Notes: generated by a model from the letters alone, not told the origin. A stretch of 64,000 bases of DNA from an uncultured delta proteobacterium (GCA_963706575.1 CAVPNL010000009.1:262183-326182); one strand, 5' to 3'; counted from the first letter of the stretch, positions 9,889-20,843 are shown. Program-made: numbers and translations.

Positions 9889-11179
9889 TTAATGAGTTAT
9901 ACCAAAGAGTTTTGGTACCGTTATACTGATTGCCGGAAAAGCAATGACTAAAGCAAGTACAAAAAGTTCCGCCAAAAGAAGCGGCACGATCGCTTTAGAT
10001 AGCGTTTCCAGACGGACTCGGCCGATGGTGCTGACAACGAATAAAACCGGGCCAACCGGCGGTGTGATCATGCCAATGGTAAGATTGAGCACGATCATAA
10101 TGGCAAAATACATGGGATCAAGGCCGAATTGATCACCCACCGGGCCAAGCACCGGCACAAGAATAATCAAAGCCGGCAACGTGTCGATAACCAATCCGCA
10201 GAGCAGCACGAATACGGCCAGCATAATGACAACCACCGATGGGCTGTCGGTCATATTGGCGATTGAAGTCGCAATGGTTTGAGGAATCTGCAATATGGTC
10301 AACAGCCAGGAAAAAATAGAGGCCATGGAAACAATTAAAAGAACTGCAGCGGTGACCACACCGCTTTTAGCAAACAAGGGCAGGAGATTTCTCCATTTAA
10401 GGCCCCGTGTTATAAAAAGCCCCACACACAGGGCATAAGCAGCGGCCACAGCGGCTGCTTCGGTTGGTGTAAAAATCCCGCCCAATATGCCACCGATGAT
10501 GATAAAGGGAAGCAGAAGAGCCGGCAGAGCGCTCCAGAAGCTTTTAGCCAATCCTAGGCAGGGATGGCCGTTCGCTGCGAAACACATAGCCGCGTTTAAT
10601 GGATATCCAGTGGTTAACCCCCATCAGGGCCAATCCGAGAAGAATTCCGGGTACTATACCGGCAAGAAAGAGCCCTGCGACGGTAACCCGACTATCGGAA
10701 ATGGCATAAACCACCATCAGAATACTGGGGGGAATGATGGGACCAATCGTTGCAGTGGCCGCGCTCATGGCTCCGGCATAGGCAGGGCTGTATCCTGTTT
10801 TTCGCATCATGCGCATGACAATGGCGCTGGGACCTGCGGCATCCGCCAAAGCCGATCCACTGATACCGGCAAATAACATACTGACCATCACATTGACGTG
10901 ACCCAATCCGCCACGAATGTGCCCCACCAGGTCGTTGGCGAAACGTAACAATGAGGTTGTTAGGCCACTGGCCGTCATTATTTCAGCGGCCAGAATAAAG
11001 AAGGGTACGGCCATAAGGGGAAATGAACTAATCCCGTTGAATAAATACTGAGGAATCACCAAGCCCGGAAAACGGCCATCAACCAATACCGCTACCATAC
11101 CCGATAAACCCATGGTTATGGCGACCGGCATTCCGATCATCAGACCCATACCAAATACGATTATTAAAATTGCTGCCAT
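9889..11179 (-). pseudogene. dctM: TRAP transporter large permease DctM, split by a +1 frameshift near 10549 (probably a sequencing error)
   Basis: N-half 10544-11179 (GISGSALADAA, IIPPSI) and C-half 9889-10587 (GIFTPTEAA, ITPPVG) join if one base is removed. Confidence 0.88.
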
Positions 11180-11697
11180 GATGAATCCTCTTCAACCATG
11201 TCCATTTCGTCTGTGAGCTGACTATCAAACCAGTTGCGGTCCATCCATTCGCGAAACATCAAAACCAGATGCAATCCAAAAACCGTGGCGCCGATAGGGA
11301 TGGCCAAATAGGGAATACCGCGGGGGATTTGGGTTGCCCAGGTTTCCTGACCCCACCCGAATTTGACCATTTTGAAACCGTAGTAAGCCAGTATCCCGAA
11401 AAACACCAGGATCGCCACACCGAGAAACGCCCGCATTGCCGGGCGTAATTTTGCCGGAAGCAAATCCTGAAAAAGATCAATGGCGGCCAATCGCCCCTCT
11501 CGCAGGGCTAAACCGGCGCCGATATAAGTGATCCAGATCATCAGAAAAGTAGAAATCTCCTCTGTTGTCGCAAAAGAAAACCCGAAAATGTAGCGGGTTA
11601 CGACATTAATGAAAACTAAGACAAACATCACACCCATCATGACGCCAATCAACCATTGATTGACACGCACAAAAACAGTTTCAAGCTTCAGAAGCAT
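11164..11697 (-). CDS. dctQ: TRAP transporter small permease DctQ
   Basis: Four TM segments, NVVTRY and TEEISTFLMIW motifs, directly upstream of dctM. Confidence 0.9.
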   Translation of the reverse strand: MLLKLETVFVRVNQWLIGVMMGVMFVLVFINVVTRYIFGFSFATTEEISTFLMIWITYIGAGLALREGRLAAIDLFQDLLPAKLRPAMRAFLGVAILVFFGILAYYGFKMVKFGWGQETWATQIPRGIPYLAIPIGATVFGLHLVLMFREWMDRNWFDSQLTDEMDMVEEDSSWQQF

Positions 11698-11837
11698 AAT
11701 GCGCCTCCTCGTAGGTTGCCGGTCTTAACGCAAGGGCTAAACGCGATTCGTTTGAAAAAATACCATCCAAACATCAGCAAGCTCCAATTTCCTCCATCCC
11801 CCGATCACCAACCATGAATTGATAAGGTATGAAAAAT

Positions 11838-12677
11838 CTAATATCGTTTGTCCACTAAAGACATCTTAACACTGTCTAAATTTTCCTTGATTTCGTCAAA
11901 ATTTCTCATGGCAATGGAAACAAACAAAACATCGATAATCGCTAGCTGCACCAGTCGGGAGGTCATTGGAGCCAAGCGGAGCGCTACTTCCTGGGAATTT
12001 ACAGAAATGACGTAGTCGCAATATTTTGCCAGCGGTGACTTTTTGCTGCCCGTTATGCCGATCACCGTGGCATCAAATTTTTTCGCGACTTTGACGCTCT
12101 CCAATATATCTTTGGTTGATCCTGTGTGAGAAATGGCCACCACCGCATCTTTGTCAGTGAGCAACGCAGCGGACATGACCTGCATATGCGGATCATCATA
12201 AGCGATACAGGGAACCCCGATGCGGAAAAATTTATGGTGGGCATCCCTTGCAACCACACCCGAGCCGCCGACTCCGTAAAACTCGATGCGGTCCGCATCG
12301 GCCAGAGCATTGGCCGCCGACTCTAATATCTCTAAGTCCAGATTATTCATCGTATTGTTAAAGGCTTCTTTTGCAGAGTTGAACAGCTTATTGAAGATAT
12401 CCGGGAATTTATCCTGGTCAGAAATGTTTTCCACAATATATTTACTGCTGGGAAGTGCATTGGCAAGACTCAACCGAAGCTCCATATATCCGCTAAGTCC
12501 GAGGTTGCGGCAAAAACGAATTACGGTAGGTTCGCTTACTGCGGCCATTTCGGCAAGATCGGTTATCGTGCATCTCATCGCCAAATCCGGGTTTTTGAGC
12601 ACACATTCGGCTACTTTTTTTTCCGAATTTCGCAAGTTTGAAATCGAGCTTCTTATGGAGGAAAAGATATCGGCCAC
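11838..12677 (-). CDS. MurR/RpiR (HexR-like) transcriptional regulator, HTH plus SIS domain
   Basis: VSEPTVIRFCRNLG HTH, FYGVGGS, ISHTGST and PMTSRLVQLAIIDVL motifs. Confidence 0.93.
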   Translation of the reverse strand: MADIFSSIRSSISNLRNSEKKVAECVLKNPDLAMRCTITDLAEMAAVSEPTVIRFCRNLGLSGYMELRLSLANALPSSKYIVENISDQDKFPDIFNKLFNSAKEAFNNTMNNLDLEILESAANALADADRIEFYGVGGSGVVARDAHHKFFRIGVPCIAYDDPHMQVMSAALLTDKDAVVAISHTGSTKDILESVKVAKKFDATVIGITGSKKSPLAKYCDYVISVNSQEVALRLAPMTSRLVQLAIIDVLFVSIAMRNFDEIKENLDSVKMSLVDKRY

Positions 12678-12756
12678 GGGAAAGTCCCCACATAGGAGTT
12701 TCAGCAGAACTTTATGAATCGTCCGTATTCCAGCAAGAGCATCAGACGGAAAATTT

Positions 12757-12819
12757 TGTAGTTTTTTTAACTAATTAAAGGAAAATTAGCCTAAAATGAT
12801 AAAATGTAGTAAATTAACA
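12757..12819. promoter_or_regulatory. Two HexR-like operator candidates upstream of the RpiR operon
   Basis: TGTAGTTTTTTTAAC (12757-12771) and TGTAGTAAATTAACA (12805-12819) resemble the TGTA-N7-TACA HexR palindrome; reverse-strand TTGACA near 12837-12842. Confidence 0.5.
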
Positions 12820-12941
12820 ACATATAATGAGCTGCTTGTCAATGAAAAATAGCAAAAATAATACGCTATGCGGTTGGGCGTATCTCGGCGAAAATCCCTG
12901 CCGGACATGAAAGTTAAACGGGGAGGTTGTGGTATCCGACC

Positions 12942-13334
12942 CTACTTCGATTCAAAGGCTCGGGCGCCTTTTTGTTTGAGTAATTGCTCGGGCCCCGGTG
13001 GGGCATAAATGACCACGTAGGTTAAATCTTCATCCGGATCCACTTCGACCCTGTGCAAGACATGGGCCGGTGTATAGATGGCCGTTTGGGGTTCGATACG
13101 GGTTCCTTTACCATCCAGGTACATGGTTCCTTTTCCTGAAAGAACATACCAGCAGTGCTCGACATCATGGGTATGTTCGGAGCCCTTTGCGCCGGCCCGG
13201 GTGGTGTTGACCAGCAATGAGAAATTTTTAGCACCACTAATCTGTTCATCGATCAGAATACGAAATGTGCCCACACCGCCGTGGAGTACACCGGTAACTG
13301 CCTCTTTCAAAGGTACGATGTATTTTTTTTCCAT
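12942..13334 (-). CDS. Cupin domain protein
   Basis: HTHDVEHCWYVLSGKG and YTPAHVLH cupin motifs; AAGGAG RBS. Confidence 0.88.
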   Translation of the reverse strand: MEKKYIVPLKEAVTGVLHGGVGTFRILIDEQISGAKNFSLLVNTTRAGAKGSEHTHDVEHCWYVLSGKGTMYLDGKGTRIEPQTAIYTPAHVLHRVEVDPDEDLTYVVIYAPPGPEQLLKQKGARAFESK

Positions 13335-13357
13335 GAAGGCGAACTCCTTTCAGTTTT

Positions 13358-13504
13358 TAGAAGTGGTTTCAAAACCCCATCTTGGGCCCAATGGCTGCGT
13401 TGCAGACCTCCGGTAAATGCTCACATACCCATGTATGCTGCGCTTTCCCGATCGGCCTGACGCCTTGCCCTTGAACCCAATCTGGAATTTTGAAACCACT
13501 TCTA
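13358..13504. mobile_element. MITE-like element, family A copy 1
   Basis: Terminal inverted repeats TAGAAGTGGTTTCAAAA / TTTTGAAACCACTTCTA; five related copies in the window. Confidence 0.8.
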
Positions 13505-13505
13505 G

Positions 13506-14399
13506 TCATTGCGGACACACCTTGACATCGGACATGGATTCCAGCACCGTTACGATCGCGGAATGATCCCAATCCGCTCCGTCATGGGCCACCACCGCGT
13601 TGAACAGCTGGGATATCATCGCGGTGCCCGGCAGGCATATATCCATTTCTTTGGCCACCGCTAATACGATATTAATATCTTTGCGATGGGACCTGATCTT
13701 GCCGCCGGGGTGAAAATTCCGTTCCAGCATGCGCTGGCCGTGCAATTCCAAAACCCGGCTCTGAGCGTACCCACCCATTATCGCCCGGCGCACCTTGGCC
13801 GGATCTGCACCGGATTTTTTAGCAAAAATAAGGGCTTCGGCAACAGCCTGTAAGGTCAGGCCGACGATGATCTGGTTGGCCGCTTTGGTCACCTGGCCGG
13901 CGCCATGATCGCCGATGTGATTGATATTTTTACCCAATTTTTGAAATATCGGCAATACGCGCTCGAAGATTTCCACTTTGCCGCCGACCATGATGGTGAG
14001 GCTGGCTGCGCTGGCGGCTTCCACCCCGCCGCTGACCGGGGCATCGAGCATGTGGGCACCGCGGGCAGCCACCATTGCGGCAAGACTTCTGGCTGTGGTT
14101 GGCGAAATCGTGCTCATGTCCACCAAAACGGCATCCCGGCGGATCGACTCGCTGACGCCGTTTGCAGCGGTTACGACTTCGGTCACATGGGAATCTTCCG
14201 GCAGCATGGTGATGATCAGATCTGCCGATGCCGCTGCTGCTTTAGGGGAATCGGCGGGATCAGCCCCTTCGGATACCAGTTGATCCACTACCGCCCGGCT
14301 TCGGTTGTGCACAATCAAATCAAAGCCGGACTTCATAAGATTTCTGGCCATGGGCTTGCCCATCAGACCCAGCCCGATGAACCCGATGCGTTTGATCAT
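13506..14399 (-). CDS. 2-hydroxy-3-oxopropionate reductase / beta-hydroxyacid dehydrogenase (GarR-like)
   Basis: IGFIGLGLMGKPMARNL, LDAPVSGG, GAGQVTKAANQI and SRVLELHG motifs. Confidence 0.9.
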   Translation of the reverse strand: MIKRIGFIGLGLMGKPMARNLMKSGFDLIVHNRSRAVVDQLVSEGADPADSPKAAAASADLIITMLPEDSHVTEVVTAANGVSESIRRDAVLVDMSTISPTTARSLAAMVAARGAHMLDAPVSGGVEAASAASLTIMVGGKVEIFERVLPIFQKLGKNINHIGDHGAGQVTKAANQIIVGLTLQAVAEALIFAKKSGADPAKVRRAIMGGYAQSRVLELHGQRMLERNFHPGGKIRSHRKDINIVLAVAKEMDICLPGTAMISQLFNAVVAHDGADWDHSAIVTVLESMSDVKVCPQ

Positions 14400-14526
14400 C
14401 GTTCCCTCCTTATTAACCGGTTGACATTATATGTTTTTGTCAATTGATGGTGTGCCTGTTGTTTCTCCGGCCGTGAAATTTCCTCTTACAGGACCGTTTA
14501 GATCTTTGCAACCGCCTATTTTTTGC

Positions 14527-14590
14527 TTGACAAACTTTATCCGTACCGATATTGCCTGTACACAGATGAGCACCTAATGCTCAAATGTTC
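14527..14590 (+). promoter_or_regulatory. Sigma70-like -35 box plus 13-5-13 palindromic operator (copy 1)
   Basis: TTGACA at 14527-14532; ACACAGATGAGCA-cctaa-TGCTCAAATGTTC at 14560-14590 matches the perfect palindrome at 40984-41014. Confidence 0.55.
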
Positions 14591-14624
14591 AATTTGACAC
14601 CCAATTCCGATAACGCGACACCTA

Positions 14625-15599
14625 ATGAGCAAAGTCCTTTTATCCGAGGCGATCCATGAATCCGGCATTCGGCTGCTTGAAAGCAAGGCCGAAATCATTG
14701 TTTGCCCGGAGCCTACAGAAGAAGCGATCGGAAACCTGATCAGCGATGTGGATGCCCTGATAATACGGACCGCCGGCAAAGTGACCCGGGAGATGATCAA
14801 ACAGGCCGAGCGGCTCAAGGTGATTTCGCGTACCGGCGGTGGTTTGAACAACGTCGACGTCGATGCGGCAACGGATTACAACATTGTGGTTTGCGGCGTC
14901 AAAGGTCCCCAGGACCGGATGGTCGCCGAGCATACCGTTGCCTTAATGGGTGCGTTGACCAAACAATTTTTTTATTTAAATGCCCAGGTTCGCAAAGGAA
15001 ATTTTGCCTCCCGCAAGGAATATCGTCCGGCGGGACTATCCGGCAAACGGGTGGGGCTCATCGGACTGGGCCGGATCGGCCGCATTGTTGCCGATATCTG
15101 TGCCCGGGCCTTTCGCATGGAAGTCTGGGCGTATGACCCCTATGTGACCGCGGAAACCTTAGGGGCCGAGGACATTGTTTTAAAAGACGATATGGCAGCG
15201 GTGATCCGGACGGCGGATTTTCTATCCCTGCATGTGCCCTTAACCGAACACACCGCAGGACTTTTGGGAAGCGCCGAATTTGAATTGATGAAACCCAGTG
15301 CCTTTGTCATCAATACCTCCCGCGGGGAGGTTGTGCAGGAAGCGGCCCTGGTGGATGCGCTCAAAAGCAAAAAAATTGCCGGAGCGGGTCTGGATGTGTT
15401 TGAAAAAGAACCGCCGGATGCTGCCAATCCGCTTTTCGATTTGGATAATGTGATTGCCACACCCCATTCGGCCGCTTTGACCAAAGAGGCGGTGGCGCTG
15501 CTGGCACAGGGTTCAGCCGAAAATGTGCTGCGCGTTTTGCAAGGAAAAAAGCCGTCCTACAGCCCGAATTGGGATGAGGTTCAGGCGAAAACAGGTTAA
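14625..15599 (+). CDS. D-2-hydroxyacid dehydrogenase (SerA-like, no ACT domain)
   Basis: SRTGGGLNNVD, VAEHT, GLIGLGRIG, INTSRG, GLDVFEKEP and TPHSAA motifs. Confidence 0.9.
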   Translation: MSKVLLSEAIHESGIRLLESKAEIIVCPEPTEEAIGNLISDVDALIIRTAGKVTREMIKQAERLKVISRTGGGLNNVDVDAATDYNIVVCGVKGPQDRMVAEHTVALMGALTKQFFYLNAQVRKGNFASRKEYRPAGLSGKRVGLIGLGRIGRIVADICARAFRMEVWAYDPYVTAETLGAEDIVLKDDMAAVIRTADFLSLHVPLTEHTAGLLGSAEFELMKPSAFVINTSRGEVVQEAALVDALKSKKIAGAGLDVFEKEPPDAANPLFDLDNVIATPHSAALTKEAVALLAQGSAENVLRVLQGKKPSYSPNWDEVQAKTG

Positions 15600-15667
15600 A
15601 ACCGGATCATCGACAATCCGCTTAAATCTTAAATATTTATTAATAATTGAACAAAGTGAGGTAAAAA

Positions 15668-16520
15668 ATGGCAGAAGAAATGTGGACATATGCAATGGAA
15701 GAAATGTCTTATCCCGACGTGCAGGAAATTCTTAAAACAACAGATGTTGTATTAATTCCGATCGGAAGTCAGGAAAAGCACGGACCCCATATCCCCCTGG
15801 CAACCGATTCGATTGCCACCATCGAGACCACCCAGCGGGCGGCCAAAAAGGCCAAAGTGCCTTACACACCCATGATCCCCGTTGGATATTCTCCGCACCA
15901 TATGGGAACGGTGAATAACGGCATCGGATCTCTAACTTTTACCGGTGAGACCTTGAGGCGGATCGTATACGAGATCGGGAGAAGCTTGATTTTTCACGGG
16001 TTCAACAAATTGATCTACACAAGCCAGCACGCTTCGAATACGAAAGTGGTTGACGAAGCGCTTCGGCGTCTTCGATATGAAACGGGATGTTTCTGCGCCT
16101 GGTATATGACCCCCACCGAGCGCAGGACTCAAGTGATCAACGACCTTTTAGAAGAAAAGATTGCCTGGCATTCCGGGGAGATGGAGACCGCCCAGTGTAT
16201 GGCACACGATGAGCGCTGTGTGCATATGGAACGGGCAGAAGCCCATACGGCCCATGCGCCCGAGTGGCTGGGGCCTGAATTCGCGAAGACCGACGGGGTG
16301 CCAACGGTAATCTTCCAGGGTACGGAAAACATATTCATCCCTATGGAGCACCATGAATACGTTGAGGATGCCACGATCGGCGATCCGTTCCTCGCTAGGT
16401 AAAGAAAAGGGCGAGAAGATCTTCGAAAGAGCCTCGGATAACCTTGCAGCGTTTGTGGAAGAGGTGAAGAAGATTAAAGTTGATATCAAAGAGCGGGACT
16501 ACGACTTCAGGGCATATTAG
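15668..16520 (+). pseudogene. Creatininase-family hydrolase, +1 frameshift near 16398 truncates the C-terminal helix (probably a sequencing error)
   Basis: IPIGSQEKHGPHIPLATD, GYSPHH and WHSGEMET motifs; removing one G restores ASKEKGEKIFERASDNLAAFVEEVKK...FRAY, matching the tail of the paralogue at 59583. Confidence 0.85.
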
Positions 16521-16522
16521 AC

Positions 16523-17290
16523 ATGAGACTTAAGGAAAAGGTTGCATTTATCACCGGCGCTTCCGGAGGGCTGGGAAAGCACTTTTGTAAGGCCTTTCTC
16601 AAGGAAGGTGCCCGGGTGTGCGTAACCGATATTGCCCAGGACATGGTCGACACCGCGATTGCCGAATTGGATTCTGCGGATGCCGTTATGGGGGCGGTGG
16701 TAGACGTCTGCCGGCGATCCACCATCGAAGCGGCGGTAACCCGGGCGGTCGAGACCTTCGGCAGCCTGGATATTCTGATAAATGTCGCCGGCGGCGCGCT
16801 GCATACGCCGCATAAATTTGCTGAGATCGATGAAGCCGCCTGGGACAAGGTGGTGGACATCAATTTAAAAGGCACCTACCTGTGCTGTCAGGTAGCGGTG
16901 GAGCAGTTCCGCAAGCAGGGCAACGGGGGCAAGATCGTCAACATCTCCGCGTTGGCAGGTCGCTGGCTGGGTTCTCTGGCGGGCTGCCATTATACGGCCG
17001 CCAAGGCAGGTGTGATTGGCTTAACCCGACACCTGGCTTATGAACTGGGCCCCGAAGGCATTTACGTCAATGCGATTGCGCCAACCATTACCCTGGCCAG
17101 CCAGCGCACGATCAATTTGTGGAACTCCAGACCGGAAGAATACCGCGAAAAGATTGTTTCTCAGATTCCCCTGCGGCGCTTGAGCACCCCCGAAGAAGTG
17201 GCGGCCGGGGTGATCTTTCTATGTACCGATGAGGCCAGCTACATGACCGGGGTAACCCTGGATATAAACGGAGGGAGATTTTTCAGCTAG
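16523..17290 (+). CDS. Short-chain dehydrogenase/reductase (classical SDR)
   Basis: ITGASGGLG, LDILINVAG, catalytic YTAAK, VNAIAP and YMTGVTLDINGG motifs. Confidence 0.92.
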   Translation: MRLKEKVAFITGASGGLGKHFCKAFLKEGARVCVTDIAQDMVDTAIAELDSADAVMGAVVDVCRRSTIEAAVTRAVETFGSLDILINVAGGALHTPHKFAEIDEAAWDKVVDINLKGTYLCCQVAVEQFRKQGNGGKIVNISALAGRWLGSLAGCHYTAAKAGVIGLTRHLAYELGPEGIYVNAIAPTITLASQRTINLWNSRPEEYREKIVSQIPLRRLSTPEEVAAGVIFLCTDEASYMTGVTLDINGGRFFS

Positions 17291-17345
17291 ATTAAGACAA
17301 ATATTTTTGAACCGTCCCCCATTCATTTGGCGACGGTCGAAACCC

Positions 17346-17493
17346 TAGAAGTGGTTTGAAAGCCTCAGATCAGGTTCAAGGGCAAGGCGCAGGCCGATCG
17401 AGAAAGCGCAGCATACATATGGGTATGTGAGCATTTATCGGAGGTCTGCAACGCAGCCATTGGGCCTTAGATGGGGTTTTGAAACCGCTTCTA
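17346..17493. mobile_element. MITE-like element, family A copy 2 (opposite orientation to copy 1)
   Basis: TAGAAGTGGTTTGAAAG ... TTTTGAAACCGCTTCTA; interior is close to the reverse complement of copy 1. Confidence 0.8.
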
Positions 17494-17517
17494 ACAAATT
17501 AAGGGAAACCCATAGCC

Positions 17518-18297
17518 GTGATTTTTCAAAACAGCATGAAACGGGCCTTGAAGGATGGAAAGGTGGTCTTCGGGCCCATGGTTTCCGAGATGAGAAGCTC
17601 GGGTATTGCGGTTTTGTTTGCCCAGGCCGGGTTTGATTTTTTCTTCATTGACCTGGAACATTCCTGCTTTTCCCTTGAAACCGTCAGCGACATGATCCTG
17701 GCCGCCCGCGCTGCCGACATCCCCGTTATTGTCAGACCCTCAAGCCGTAAATCCGCCGAGTATCTTTCCAGACCCCTTGATTCAGGCGCCTCGGGTCTGT
17801 TGATCCCGCAAATTCGAACCCGGCAGGATGTGGAAAATGTGGTGAAATGGTGCCGCTACCAACCCCTGGGCGAGCGCGGCATGGGGTTGTCACGCCAGCA
17901 CACCTTTTTCCAGGGCGGAGATGCCCTGGATACCATGAAACGCCTCAATGAAGAAATTCTGATTGCCCTTCAAATCGAAAACAAAGAGGCCATCGAAAAT
18001 TTATCTGAACTGTTATCGGTTCCGGGTATCGATGCCGCCTTTGTGGGGCCGGCGGACCTGTCGGCCTCATTTGGCAAACCCGGCCAGAGCGATGACCCTG
18101 AAATCCAAAATGCGATCGATCGGGTGATCGAAGTATCCGAGGCCAATGGCGTCATTCCCGGAATTCATACGAGCTCGGTGGATAAAGCCCGGTTTTGGGT
18201 GGCCAAAGGGATGAAAATGATCGGCTTCTGTACGGATATTAAATTGATCCAACAGATATGCCAGACGTCCGTTCAGGAGCTACATGCGGTGCAATAA
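17518..18297 (+). CDS. HpcH/HpaI aldolase family protein (GarL/RhmA-like)
   Basis: GFDFFFIDLEH, VIVRP, RYQPLGERG, LQIE and FVGPADLS motifs. Confidence 0.92.
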   Translation: MIFQNSMKRALKDGKVVFGPMVSEMRSSGIAVLFAQAGFDFFFIDLEHSCFSLETVSDMILAARAADIPVIVRPSSRKSAEYLSRPLDSGASGLLIPQIRTRQDVENVVKWCRYQPLGERGMGLSRQHTFFQGGDALDTMKRLNEEILIALQIENKEAIENLSELLSVPGIDAAFVGPADLSASFGKPGQSDDPEIQNAIDRVIEVSEANGVIPGIHTSSVDKARFWVAKGMKMIGFCTDIKLIQQICQTSVQELHAVQ

Positions 18298-18357
18298 ATA
18301 GGTTTGCGGCGGTCTGGTGTAGAATACCGCCGGGGATCTCTAAACGGTTTTTGATTA

Positions 18358-19362
18358 ATGACCATGCGCGAACTCAGTGAACGAGATATTTTAAAGATTT
18401 GTTACCTCTATTATCAGGAGGAAAAAACACAGGAAGAGATTTCCAGGCTGTTTGGTGTCAGCCGCTTTAAAATCAGCCGCACCTTAAAAGAGGCCAAACG
18501 AAAAGGCTATGTGACCATTACCATCAATGATCCTAAAGGCGATTTCACCGACAGTGAAATCAAGCTGGCGAACACATTCGGCCTGCAGCAGGCCATTGTC
18601 GTTCGCATCAATGAGTTCAGTGAAAAGTCGGCGATGGATCAGATTGCCGAAGCCAGCGCCCACTATCTCAGCCAAATTGTCGGCGACTATCATATTTTCG
18701 GTGTCACCTGGGGCCGCACGGTTTCCCATGTGGTCACCCATCTAAAACCGGTCGAAGTAAGTAATCTAACCCTGGTTCAAATCGGCGGCGGATTGGGCAC
18801 CATCGAGGGCACCGACAACAACATGCTGACCATGATGCTGGGGCAAAAGCTGGGAGCCAAGGCCCATGTGATTCCGGCTCCGGTCATTGTCAGAAATCGT
18901 TCCATTCGTGATACCCTGTTTAAGGAGAAAAAGATTCAGCAAACCCTTGAAATTGCTGAAAAAGCGGATCTGGTTCTCTTTGGCGTCGGGATTATTGGAA
19001 AGCATGGATTGCTCTGGCGTTCAGGATTTTTGCACAAGGATGATACGGTCAAACTCAGAAAAGCCGGGGCGGTTGGTCAAATATGCGGACGTTCTTTTAA
19101 TGCCCGGGGTCAAAAATGCCTGGACGAATTGGATGATCGCACCATCGGGTTGAATCTCGATCAGATCAGAAAAATCAAGCACAAAATCTGTATTGCCATC
19201 GGCCAGGACAAAGTCGCCGCTATTCTGGGCGCGCTGAGAGGCAACCTGGCCAATGTTTTGGTTACCGATGAGAATACGGCAGCAAGCCTTCTAAAAGCAG
19301 GAAGTACAACCAAAGCTGTTAAAACAACGCATTTAACTTCAGACAGTGCCGTTTTGAGCTGA
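18358..19362 (+). CDS. SorC/DeoR(LsrR)-family sugar-binding transcriptional regulator
   Basis: YLYYQEEKTQEEISRLFGVSRFKISR HTH, GVTWGRT, GAVGQICGR and LVTDE motifs. Confidence 0.93.
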   Translation: MTMRELSERDILKICYLYYQEEKTQEEISRLFGVSRFKISRTLKEAKRKGYVTITINDPKGDFTDSEIKLANTFGLQQAIVVRINEFSEKSAMDQIAEASAHYLSQIVGDYHIFGVTWGRTVSHVVTHLKPVEVSNLTLVQIGGGLGTIEGTDNNMLTMMLGQKLGAKAHVIPAPVIVRNRSIRDTLFKEKKIQQTLEIAEKADLVLFGVGIIGKHGLLWRSGFLHKDDTVKLRKAGAVGQICGRSFNARGQKCLDELDDRTIGLNLDQIRKIKHKICIAIGQDKVAAILGALRGNLANVLVTDENTAASLLKAGSTTKAVKTTHLTSDSAVLS

Positions 19363-19503
19363 TTGTCACAAATTGTGAAGCCATTTTGATAACGCTGAGG
19401 CACGCCAAGGAAAGGAGGTGATTGGACAACTTACCGGATAGAAACTCGTTTGAAGCCGAGTACGTTCCTTCATCATTCAAACCAAATAAGGAGGGATATT
19501 GGA

Positions 19504-20746
19504 ATGAAAAGGATTATTACCATATTAGCCATTTTTGCATTGATTTTTGCATTTGGCGCCAACATGGCCCTGGCAGCCGAAAAAAAGCCCAAAGAATACA
19601 ACCTGCATTTTATCACGCGGGCTGAGCGGCCCGCTGGCGCATGCAGCTCAAACCCAGAAATTGGCGGTTGAGTTGCTCGTAGAGCAATACAACGCCAAAG
19701 GCGGGTTGAACATGCCCTGGGGCAAGGTTCCGATCAAACTTGCCGTCGCAGACGATGAAATGAAGCTGGATGTCGGCGTTCGTCGCTTCCGGGAAGCGGT
19801 CGAATCCGGTGCCCATGGTGTCAGCGGCAGTATCTACAACCCCATGTCGGCGGCTTTCAATGAAGAGACCAAGATTACCGGCACGCCCTATATCCCCGGC
19901 TGCGTTCCCGCCCTGGACGCCTTTAAAAAGGGCAATCCGGCGCCGCCACCTATCTCGGTGGCCTTTACCCCCTGGAGCATCGGCTATCTTACGGCAGATG
20001 CACTGGTGAACGGCTTGGGTAAAAAGACGTTCTTCTGGCAGATCCGACCCGATTCCTGGGGAACGGTCACGCTGCAGGGATTTGAAGACGGCATCAAAGA
20101 ATTCGGCGGCAAGGTTCTCGGTGTCGAACAGCTGCCCAAGGGCGCGCCGGACTATTCGGCGGTGATCAACAAGGCTCTGGCAGCCAAACCGGATGTCTTT
20201 ATTACCAACATGTTCGGCGGCGATGCGGTTGCCTGCATCAAACAGGCCTATGACATGGGGCTCCACAAGACCAGTATGCTGGTCAACAGCTGGACCACCT
20301 ATGAAGTCGCTATGGGTATTCCCGCCGAGGCCGCTGAACAGTTGTATGCCCTGACCTATTACTATTATGATATCGGCGGGTTTTCGCAGGATTTGGGTGC
20401 CAGGGGCAAGGCGCTGCGCGAAGACCATATGAAAAAATATGGCTCTCCGCCGGATGCTTACGCCGTGCTGGCTTATACCGCGGTGGATGTCCTGATGCAG
20501 GCGACTGAAAAGGCCGGCAGTGTTGACGGCAAAAAGGTCGGCAAGGTGCTTGGCAGCGCGACATTCAACACCGTCAAGGGTGATGCAAGCTTTAGAGAAG
20601 ACCATCAGCTGCAGGGCAAATACCTGGCGTTCTTTGTTAAAGGTAAAGCCGCCAGTGCCAGAAAGGACAAATATGATGTGTTTGAGGTCATTGGCGCTTA
20701 CGGCGGTGATAAGGCATTGCCTCCGTTGAAGAGTCTGGGCTACTAA
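19504..20746 (+). pseudogene. Liv-type ABC transporter substrate-binding protein, +1 frameshift near 19618 (probably a sequencing error)
   Basis: Signal peptide MKRIITILAIFALIFAFGANMALA in one frame continues as GLSGPLA...NAKGG...DDEMK...DYSAVI in the next. Confidence 0.85.
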
Positions 20747-20771
20747 AACGTTAATTTTTAATTCGTTGGCT

Positions 20772-20803
20772 TCGTTCCGGGGGTGGAAACACCCCCGGAA
20801 CGA
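20772..20803 (+). terminator. Perfect 14-bp hairpin with GAAA tetraloop after the substrate-binding gene
   Basis: TCGTTCCGGGGGTG-GAAA-CACCCCCGGAACGA; no U-tract, so more likely an mRNA stabiliser. Confidence 0.6.
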
Positions 20804-20843
20804 CTGCCGTCAAATGGGCGTTTTGCCTTACAAGAGGTTAAAG

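Noticed and set aside
19613..20605. 330-aa antisense ORF (also 42517-43224, 60554-61417 and many shorter ones)
   Set aside because: Shadow ORFs opposite well-supported genes, with no recognisable motifs
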